Source: Chrysomallon squamiferum
Lineage: Eukaryota; Animalia; Mollusca
NCBI GenBank assembly: GCA_012295275.1
Contig: CM022665.1
Span: 124,001 to 188,000 of the forward strand
DNA length: 64,000 nucleotides
Direction of reading: 5' to 3'
Shown piece after piece: positions 53,989 to 64,000 of the stretch. The first letter of the stretch is position 1; each line of letters starts with the position of its first letter. The notes under the pieces are model-generated. The model did not search any database. It had not been told where the DNA came from and saw only the letters and a list, made by a program, of their open reading frames with translations. A program made the translations under genes and the position numbers.

Positions 53989-55281
53989 CTGTAATTTAAG
54001 TAACGTAAATAAAGTTAAATATTTCTAGCATAGCTGAGTAGTATCAATGGCTATTTATGCCAGTAAACATTATATACCACTTTTCACTAATATAAATCAC
54101 TAAACTAATACGAATTTTTCATATTTGTTTTGCTTGTTTCTCTTTCTTAGCTGGATGTTTTCACTTCGACAACCTCATAAACATTTCCTGGGAAGACAGT
54201 GAATACTAACCCATGTGAGACTGTAAAAACTGCTGTCTTTAAAAGTTTTTGTGTTGTTAGTTACAGCTTACTAAATGTTTCACCGAAAAAGTGCGAAAAC
54301 CACTTTGTAACAAAGATATACTTCTAAACGTTTTCTAGAAGTATTTAGTAACTACTCATAAGTAGTCAATATTAATACGTAAAATCAAACATCAGACACT
54401 GAAGTAAAGTAACAACAATTTATAGGTTAATTATTACACACTTGGATAAATATATTCGTTGCAAATCATGTAGATAAGAATTATCTGTTCTGACTGTCAC
54501 TGTGACACCTCTGTTTGCAATGTTGTAATGGAAATCAAAGTTAATTCTAGCGTAGTCTGACTGCGCGTTCTGCTAAATTGTAAACTACAAAGCTGTACTG
54601 AAAGTTTGTATGTTATTACTCATGTAAATGAAGCTTCTCATAAATATCAACAATTCAAAGGCGATATTCAGTCCTGACATTAAGCAGCTACATCCACATG
54701 TCACTGCTGAATTAAAAACACTGTAAGATATACATTTTCTATAAATTTCGAAAGATGTGAATGTATAATTAAGGTAATTTTAGGTATCAGAGTTGACTTG
54801 AAAACAAAATAGACAATGAAAAAGAAACCCTTAAGACTCCTCAAGTGAGACATCGTTCCAAAGCCCGATTTAGACAGTTGTGTTCTTCTTAAAAAGCTTA
54901 ATTGCTGCTGAATTTACTGAGCTAGCAGTTTGATGTGATATCCTTCTGTTTATAAATTACAACTTATCAAACAAAATTTTGTGTTCTTTCATTACATCTG
55001 AGAAATCTTTAAACTAGGCATATTTACTAAAGACAACCTTATGCTTTTTATAATTTTATATGTATACAAAGTTCAGATTGTCTTCTCTACTAAAAACATA
55101 GAATAAACTATAAACGAAAGCCAAATGCTAAACATATGCATTAATGGTGTTAATAATTAATTTTGACTAATATATGCAAATAATTAGATTTCTGTTTAAA
55201 GACAACAAAGTGGCACCCATACACAAGAATGTAATTTGCTTTATCATAGCTAGAGAAGAAAGTTAACAAATAATTATGTAC

Positions 55282-55344
55282 CTGAATTAGACCTCTGTTC
55301 CACTCTTTCTGATTTGGAAATGGCTGTCGACTGTAGTTGTACTT
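55282..55344 (-). CDS. Type-B 63-nt exon, copy 4
   Basis: aattacag| (E)VQLQSTAISKSERVEQRSNS |gtacat. Confidence 0.7.
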
Positions 55345-56654
55345 CTGTAATTTAAGTAACGTAAATAAAGTTAAATATTTCTAGCATACCTGAGTAGTAT
55401 CAATGGCTATTTATGCCAGTAAACATTATATACCACTTTTCACTAATATAAATCACTAAACTAATACGAATTTTCATATTTGTTTTGCTTGTTTCTCTTT
55501 CTTAGCTGGATGTTTTCACTTCGACAACCTCATAAACATTTCCTGGGAAGACAGTGAATACTAACCCATGTGAGACTGTAAAAACTGCTGTCTTTAAAAG
55601 TTTTTGTGTTGTTAGTTACAGCTTACTAAATGTTTCACCGAAAAAGTGCGAAAACAACTTTGTAACAAAGATATACTTCTAAACGTTTTCTAGAAGTATG
55701 TACCTAACTAGAAGTATTTAGTAACTACTAATACATAGTCAATATTAATACGTAAAATCAAACATCAGACATGGAAGTAAAGTAACAACAATTTATAGGT
55801 TAATTATTACACAGTTGGATAAATATATTCGTTGCAAATCATGTAGATAAGAATTATCTGTTCTGATTGTCACTGTGACACCTCTGTTTGCAATGTTGTA
55901 ATGGAAATCAAAGTTAATTCTAGCGTAGTCTGACTGCGCGTTCTGCTAAATTGTAAACTACAAGGCTGTACTCAAAGATTTTATATTATTACTCATGTAA
56001 ATGAAGCTTCTCATAAATATCAACAATTCAAAGGCGATATTCAGTGCTGACATTAAGCAGCTACATCCACATGTCACTGCTGAATTAAAAACACTGTAAG
56101 ATATACATTTTCTATAAATTTCGAAAGACGTGAATGTATAATTAAGGTAATTTTAGGTATCAGAGTTGACTTGAAAACAAAATAGAAAGTGAAAAAGAAA
56201 CCCTTAAGACTCCTCAAGTGAGACATCGTTCCAAAGCCCGATTTAGACAGTTGTGTTCTTCTTAAAAAGCTTAATTGCTGCTGAATTTACTGAGCTAGCA
56301 GTTTGATGTGATGTCCTTCTGTTTATAAATTACAACTTATCAAAAAAAAATTTGTGTTCTTTCATTACATCTGAGAAATCTTTAAACTAGGCATATTAAC
56401 TAAAGACAACCTTATGTTTTTCATAATTTTATATGTATACAAAGTTCAGATTGTCTTCTCTACTAAAAACATAGAATAAACTATAAACGAAAGCCAAATG
56501 CTAAACATATGTATTAATGGTGTTAATAATTAATTTTCACTAATGTAAGTAAATAATTAGATTTCTGTTTAAAGACAACAAAGTGGCACCCATACACAAG
56601 AATGTAATTTGCTTTATCATAGCTAGAGAAGAAAGTTAACAAATAATTATGTAC

Positions 56655-56717
56655 CTGAATTAGACCTCTGTTCCACTCTTTCTGATTTGGAAATGGCTGT
56701 CGACTGTAGTTGTACTT
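56655..56717 (-). CDS. Type-B 63-nt exon, copy 3
   Basis: aattacag| (E)VQLQSTAISKSERVEQRSNS |gtacat. Confidence 0.7.
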
Positions 56718-58027
56718 CTGTAATTTAAGTAACGGAAATAAAGTTAAATATTTCTAGCATAGCTGAGTAGTATCAATGGCTATTTATGCCAGTAAACATT
56801 ATATACCACTTTTCACTAATATAAATCACTAAACTAATACGAATTTTCATATTTGTTTTGCTTGTTTCTCTTTCTTAGCTGGATGTTTTCACTTCGACAA
56901 CCTCATAAACATTTCCTGGGAAGACAGTGAATACTAACCCATGTGAGACTGTAAAAACTGCTGTCTTTAAAAGTTTTTGTGTTGTTAGTTACAGCTTACT
57001 AAATGTTTCACCGAAAAAGTGCGAAAACCACTTTGTAACAAAGATATACTTCTAAACGTTTTCTAGAAGTATCTACCTAACTAGAAGTATTTACTAACTA
57101 CTCATACGTAGTCAATATTAATACGTAATATCAAACATCAGTCATGGAAGTAAAGTAACAACAATTTATAGGTTAATTATTACACACTTGGATAAATACA
57201 TTCGTTGCAAATCATGTAGATAAGAATTATCTGTTCTGACTGTCACTGTGACACCTCTGTTTGCAATGTTGTAATGGAAATCAAAGTTAATTCTAGCGTA
57301 GTCTGACTGCTCGTTCTGCTAAATTGTAAACTACAAAGCTGTACTGAAAGTTTGTATATTATTACTCATGTAAATGAAGCTTCTCATAAATATCAACAAT
57401 TGAAAGGCGATATTCAGTGCTGACATTAAGCAGCTACATCCACATGTCACTGCTGAATTAAAAAAAACTGTAAGATATACATTTACTATAAATTTCGAAA
57501 CATGTGAATGTATAATTAAGGTAATTTTAGGTATCAGAGTTGACTTGAAAACAAAATAGAAAGTGAAAAAGAAACCCTTAAGACTCCTCAAGTGAGACAT
57601 CGTTCCAAAGCCCGATTTAGACAGTTATGTTCTTCTTAAAAAGTTAATTGCTGCTGAATTTACTGAGCTAGCAGTTTGATCTGACATCCTTCACTTAGAA
57701 AATTACAACTTATCAAACAAAATTTTGTGTTCTTTCATTACATTTCAGAAACTTTAAACTAAGTATATTAACTAACGATAGTATTATGCCTTTAATAACT
57801 TTATATGTATATAAAGTTCAGATTCTCTTGTCTCTATTAATAAAATATAATAAACTATAAACGAAAGCCAAATGCTAAACATATATGTTAATCGGGTTAA
57901 TAATTAATTTTCACTAATGTAAGTAAATAATTAGATTTCTGTTTAAAACAACAAAGTGACACCCATGCACAAGAATGTAATTTCCTTTATCGTAGCTAGA
58001 GAAGAAAGTTAACAAATAATTCTGTAC

Positions 58028-58090
58028 CTGAATTATACCTCTGTTCCACTGTTTCTGATTTGAAAATGGCTGTCGGCTGTCGTTGTACAT
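58028..58090 (-). CDS. Type-B 63-nt exon, copy 2
   Basis: aattacag| (D)VQRQPTAIFKSETVEQRYNS |gtacag. Confidence 0.7.
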
Positions 58091-59422
58091 CTGTAATTTC
58101 AGTAACGTAGATAAAGATAAACATTTCTCGCATTGTCGAGTATTATCACTGGTTTTTTATGCCAGTAAAAATTATGTACAAGGTTTCACTAATATAAATC
58201 ACTAAAACTAACAGGAATGTTCACATTTGTTTTGCTTCATTTTCTTTCTTAGCTGGATGTTATCACTTTGACAGTCTGATAACCATTTCGTGAGAAGACA
58301 ATGACTACTACCCCATATGAGACTTTAAAAACTGCTGTCTTTAAAAGAATTTGTGCTGTTAGTTACAGCTTACTAAATGTTTCAGCGAAAAAGTGAGAAA
58401 ACCTCTTTGTAACAAAGATATACTTCTAAACGTTTTCTAGAAGTATCTAACTGACCAGAAGTATGTAGTAACTACTCATACATAGTCTATATTAATATAT
58501 AAAATCGAAACACAAAAATAAAACGTCGTACCATCAGACATGGAAGTAAAGTAACAACAATTTATGGGTTAATTATTATACAGTTGGATAAATATATTCG
58601 TTGGAAATCACGTAGATAAGAATTATCTGTTCAGTCTGTCACTATGACCTCTGTTTTTGCAATGTCGTAATGTAAATCAAAGTTAATTCTAGTGTAGTCT
58701 GACTGCTCGTTCTGCTAAATTTTTAACTAAAAAGCTGTACTGAAAGTTTGTATGTTGTTATTGATGTAAATGAAGTTTGTCATAAATATCAACAATTCAA
58801 AGGCGATATTCAGTGCTGACATTAAGCAGCTACATCCACATGTCAATGCTGAATTAATAAAACTGTAAGATATACATTTCCAATAAACTTCGAAATATGT
58901 GAATGTATAATTAACATACGTAAAGGTATCAGAGTTGACTTGAAAACAAAATAGACAATGAAAAAGAAATCTTTAAAACTCCTCATGTGAGACATCGTTC
59001 CAAAGCACGAATTAGTCAGTTATGTTCTTCTTAAAAAGTTAACTGCTGCTGAATTTACTGAGCTAGCAGTTTGATCTGACATCCTTCACTTAAAAAATTA
59101 CAACTTATCAAACAAAATTTTGTGTTCTTTCATTACATTTCAGAAACTTTAAACTAAGTATATTAACTAACGATAGTATTATGCCTTTAATAACTTTATA
59201 TGCATATAAAGTTCAGATTCTCTTGTCTCTATTAATAAAATAGAATAAAGTATAAACGAAAGCTAGATGCTAAACATATATGTTAATCGGGTTAATAATT
59301 AATTTTCACTAATGTAAGTAAATAATTAGATTTCTGTTTAAAACAACAAAGTGGCACCCATGCACAAGAATGTAATTTGCTTTATCATAGCTAGAAAAGA
59401 AAGTTAACAAATAATTACGTAC

Positions 59423-59485
59423 CTGAATTATACCTCTGTTCCACTCTTTCTGATTTGGAAATGGCTGTCAGCTGTCGTTGTACAT
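59423..59485 (-). CDS. Type-B 63-nt exon, copy 1
   Basis: aattacag| (D)VQRQLTAISKSERVEQRYNS |gtacgt. Confidence 0.7.
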
Positions 59486-59728
59486 CTGTAATTTCAGTAA
59501 CGTAGATAAAGATAAACAATTCTAGCATAGTTGAGTATATCACTGGTTTTTTATGCCAGTAAAAATTATATACAACTTTTCATTAATATAAATCAATAAA
59601 CTAATAAGAATTTTCATATACTGAACTAACAGTTTGTTCTGAGATCATCAGTTTATAGATTACAACTTATCAACAAAATGCTGTGTACTTTCATTACAGC
59701 TGAGAAATCATAAAACCAACAATTTTAT

Positions 59729-59806
59729 CTGAATGACCTCCGAAGATAATTCCTTGGCCATTTCTATAGATGTCATGGATCGGGACCATCTGTTTGAATC
59801 TTTTTG
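59729..59806 (-). pseudogene. 78-nt type-A variable exon with donor GT->AT
   Basis: catcttacag| (A)KRFKQMVPIHDIYRNGQGIIFGGHS |ataaaa; the frame is open but the donor is non-canonical. Confidence 0.6.
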
Positions 59807-61159
59807 CTGTAAGATGAACTTAAAAAAAAACATTTTAGTTTAACATCAATCCAGTGTGTGTGCACCTACTTCCAGGAAGTCTCTTTACCAATGTAACATA
59901 ATACCACTAACATTTTATAGTTGTAAGTATTTTTCATAAATTTTTTGTTCGATATATTGAATTTGATAAAATATAAAAGATATTAAAATTAATACAAATT
60001 TATATGACTTAAAAGACATTCAGGAAATAATTACGTATCTAAAGCCCAGCATCCTTTGCTCTCCTTGAGAAATTTCTCTTGTGATGGAAGTCCTACAGAT
60101 GTAGTTTCAATAACGTAAATAAAGATAAACATTTCTAGCATTGACAAAGTGTTACCAATGCCTTTATATGCCAGTAAAATTTACTTACAACTTTTCAGTA
60201 ATATAAATCACTAAAACTAATACGAATGCTCCTATATATTTTGGTTGATTTTGTTTCTTTACTGCAAGTTTTCACTTTGACAAACTAATAAACATTTTTT
60301 GAGAAGACAATGAATACAACCGAATATGAAACTTTTAAAACTGCTGTGTTTAAAAGTCTTTGTGTTGTTAGTGATGGCCAACTGTTTCAACGAGAAGGTG
60401 AGAAAACCATTTTATAAAAATTATATACTTCTAAATCTTGTTTAGAACTTTGTCCGTAACATATTTTGTAACTACTCATACGTACTCGTATTTTAATATC
60501 TAAAATCAAAACAGAAACATAAACTCATACCTTCAGTCGTGAAAATAAAGTAAGAGCAATTTATATATGCTAATTATTACATACTTGGATAAATATATTG
60601 TTTGCAAATCATGTAGATAAGAATTATCACTGTGATTACAGCATGTTACCATGACATCTCTGGCTGCAATATCGTAATGCAAATCAAACTTAATTCTAGT
60701 GTAGCCTGACTGTTCGTTCCTCTGAAGTTTAAACTACAAAGCTGTATTGAAAGTTTGTATGTTGTTATTGATGTAAATGAAGCTTGTCATAAATATCAAG
60801 AATTCGCAGGCGATATTCAGTGCTGACATTAAGGAGCTACATCCACATGTCACTGCTGTATTAATAAAACTGTAAGATATACATTTCCTATAAATTTAAT
60901 AATTAAGATACATTTAAAGCTGCAGACATTAGTTGAAAACAAAACAAACAATTAAAAAGAAATCTTTAAAACTCCTCAAGTGAGACATCGTTCCAAAGCA
61001 CGAATTTAGACAGTTGTGTTCTTCTTGAAAAGTTAATTGCTACTGAATTTACTGAACTAACAGTTTGTTCTGATATCATCAGTTTATAGATTACAACTTA
61101 TCAACAAAATGCTGTGTACTTTCATTACAGCTGAGAAATCATAAAACCAACAAATTTAC

Positions 61160-61228
61160 CTGAATAACGTGGGATGTCAATTTCTTCATAGATGCTATTC
61201 AACCAGTGCACTTGTTTTAATGGTATTA
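61160..61228 (-). CDS. 69-nt type-A variable exon
   Basis: catattacag| (V)IPLKQVHWLNSIYEEIDIPRYS |gtaaat. Confidence 0.75.
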
Positions 61229-62918
61229 CTGTAATATGAAATTAAAAAAAACATTTTAGTTTAACATCTGTACAGTGTGTGTGCACCTACTTCCAGGAAG
61301 ACTCTTTGCCAATGTAACATAATACCACTAACATTTTATAGATGTAAGTATTTTTCATAAATTTTTTGTTCGATATATTGAATTTGATAAAATATAAAAG
61401 ATATTAAAATTAATACAAATTTATATGACTTGTCTTTCTTTCTTTATCGGAGAAAGTCACTGACAAAGTTACTCAGTTCCTGAAGGAGATAACGAATTCC
61501 CTTAATATGAATTAATCCTGTGCAAAATAATTAAATACACTGTTGTCCAGCTTTCCAGGAAATATTTTAGTCGGTTGTTTGAAGTAGAAGTTTCGGTTAA
61601 TCAAACAGAGAAAGTGTAAACCAAAGACTAACACAAAAAATATATATTACTGGTATTAGTAATTAATTAAAAACTCTTTAAATGCCGATGCGAGTAAATA
61701 ATTGTTGTTTAGCTTAAAATATCAAAGTAACACCCGTTCATCAGAAACTACTTTGATTCATCAGAACTGCAAAAGACATTCAGGAAATAATTACGTATCT
61801 AAAGCCCAGCATCTTTTGCTCTCCTTGAGAAATTTCTCTTCTGATGGAAGTCCTACAGATGTAGTTTCAATAACGTAAATAAAGATAAACATTTCTAGCA
61901 TTGTCAAGTATTACCAATGCCTTTATATGCCAGTAAAATTTATTTACAACTTTTCAGTAATATAAATCACTAAAACTAATACGAATGCTCCTATATATTT
62001 TGGTTGATTTTGTTTCTTTACTGCAAGTTTTCACTTTGACAAACTAATAAATATTTGTTGAGAAGACAATGAATACAACCGTATATGAAACTTTTAAAAC
62101 TGCTGTGTTTAAAAGTCTTTGTGTTGTTAGTGATGGCCAACTGTTTCAACGAGAAGGTGAGAAAACCATTTTATAAAAATGATATACTTCTAAACCTTGT
62201 TTAGAACTTTGTCCGTAACATATTTTGTAACTACTCATACGTACTCGTATTTTAATATCTAAAATCAAAACAGAAACATAAACTCATACCTTCAGTCGTG
62301 AAAATAAAGTAAGAGCAATTTATATATGCTAATTATTACATACTTGGATAAATATATTGTTTGCAAATCATGTAGATAAGAATTATCAGTGTGTTCACAC
62401 TATGTCACCATGACATCTCTGGTTGCAATGTCGTAATGTAAATCAAACTTAATTCTAGTGTAGCCTGACTGTTCGTTCCTCTAAATTTTAAACTACAAAG
62501 ATGTATTGAAAGTTTGTATGTTGTTATTGATGTAAATGAAGTTTGTCATAAATATCAACAATTCAAAGGCGACATTCAGTGCTGACATTAAGGAGCTACA
62601 TTCACATGTCACTGCTGTATTAATAAAACTGTAAGATATACATTTCCTATAAATTTAATAATTAAGATACATTTAAAGTTGTATACATTAGTTGAAAACA
62701 AAACAAACAATTAAAAAGAAATCTTTAAAACTCCTCAAGTGAGACATCGTTCCAAAGCACGAATTTAGACAGTTGTGTTCTTCTTGAAAAGTTAATTGCT
62801 GCTGAATTTACTGAACTAACAGTTTGATCTGAGATCATCAGTTTACAGATTACAACTTATCAACAAAATGCTGTGTACTTTCATTACAGCTGAGAAATCA
62901 TAAAACCAACAAATTTAC

Positions 62919-62996
62919 CTGAATCATGTAGGATGTTAATTTCTGATGCTCTTGCATAGGGGTTATTGAACAGGAACCTCTGTGTTAGTGTTTCTG
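62919..62996 (-). CDS. 78-nt type-A variable exon
   Basis: catattacag| (A)ETLTQRFLFNNPYARASEINILHDS |gtaaat. Confidence 0.75.
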
Positions 62997-64000
62997 CTGT
63001 AATATGAAATTAAAAAAAAAATTTTAGTTTAACATCAGTCCAGTGTGCGTGCACCTACTTCCAGGAAGATTCTTTACCACTGTAACATAATACCACTAAC
63101 ATTTTATAGTTGTAAGTATTTTTCATAAATTTTTTGTTCGATATATTGAATTTGATAAAATATAAAATATATTAAAATTAATACAAATTTATATGACTTG
63201 TCTTTCTTTCTTTATCGGAGAAAGTCACTGACAAAGTTACTCAGTTCCTGAAGGAGACAATGAATTCCTTTGATATGAATTAATCCTGTGCAAAATAATT
63301 AAATACACTGTTGTCCAGGTTTCCACGAAATATTTTAGTCGGTTGTTTGAAGTAGAAGTTTCGGTTAATCAAACAGAGAAAGTGTAAACCAAAGACTATC
63401 ACAAAAAATATATATTACTGGTAATAGTAATTAATTAAAAACACTTTAAATGCCGATGCGAGTAAATAATTGTTGTTTAGCTTAAAATATCAAAGTAACA
63501 CCCGTTCATCAGAAACTACTTTGATTCATCTGAACTGCAAAAGACATTCAGGAAATAATTACGTATCTAAAGCCCAGCAGCCTTTGCTCTCCTTGAGAAA
63601 TTTCTCTTCTGATGGAAGTCCTACAGATGTAGTTTCAATAACGTAAATAAAGATAAACATTTCTAGCATTGTCAAGTATTACCAATGCCTTTATATGCCA
63701 GTAAAATTTATTTACAACTTTTCAGTAATATAAATCACTAAAACTAATACGAATGCTCCTATATATTTTGGTTGATTTTGTTTCTTTACTGCAAGTTTTC
63801 ACTTTGACAAACTAATAAATATTTGTTGAGAAGACAATGAATACAACCGTATATGAAACTTTTAAAACTGCTGTGTTTAAAAGTCTTTGTGTTGTTAGTG
63901 ATGGCCAACTGTTTCAACGAGAAGGTGAGAAAACCATTTTATAAAAATTATATACTTCTAAACCTTGTTTAGAACTTTGTCCGTAACATATTTTGTAACT

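Larger units (their letters stand above)
53006..59620. repeat. Tandem array of ~1.37 kb cassettes (about 5 copies), each with a 63-nt exon
   Basis: agtcaatattaatacgtaa anchor at about 53006, 54364, 55737, 57110 and a variant near 58484. Confidence 0.97.
59620..64000. repeat. Tandem array of ~1.76 kb cassettes, each with a variable type-A exon; runs off the window edge
   Basis: aaaagacattcaggaaataattacgtatct at 60011, 61771 and about 63539; a homologous unit lies at about 40050-41820. Confidence 0.97.

Noticed and set aside
59721-60038. AT donors as U12-type AT-AC introns
   Set aside because: They read ATAAAA and ATACGT, not the U12 consensus ATATCCT; better explained as GT->AT mutations.
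59620-64000. CRISPR-like or retroelement-type reading of constant repeats with variable inserts
   Set aside because: Repeats are about 1.7 kb, the variable parts are mutually homologous and bounded by spliceosomal AG/GT sites, and no cas, reverse transcriptase or recombinase gene is present.

Overview
Very AT-rich, intron-containing animal DNA with many microsatellites, probably from an invertebrate such as a mollusc (inference from composition and gene content only). It has two 200-N gaps (1290-1489, 52806-53005). The centre (about 29.8-42.5 kb, minus strand) holds a multi-exon inhibitor-of-apoptosis (IAP) gene with a ~2 kb coding minisatellite, two BIR domains and a C-terminal RING; as assembled it is disrupted by three frameshifts, two in-frame stops and a RING His->Arg change. 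Its N-terminal exons are short, frame-preserving phase-1 exons lying inside tandemly duplicated intron-exon cassettes. The same cassettes form fresh tandem arrays at 53-64 kb: five ~1.37 kb units, each with a 63-nt exon, then ~1.76 kb units, each with a 69-78 nt exon. The main finding is that in the 1.76 kb units the introns and a dead pseudo-exon are near-identical between copies while the open exon is hypervariable yet always in frame, suggesting a diversifying micro-exon array linked to an IAP locus. Bases 1-23.4 kb and 42.2-45.2 kb are a nested repeat whose units look like amplified promoter/first-exon modules. The interval 45-52.8 kb holds a decayed MULE transposase, decayed collagen-like exons and an orphan LRR exon. 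All exon calls were read by eye from splice signals and open frames, with no transcript evidence.
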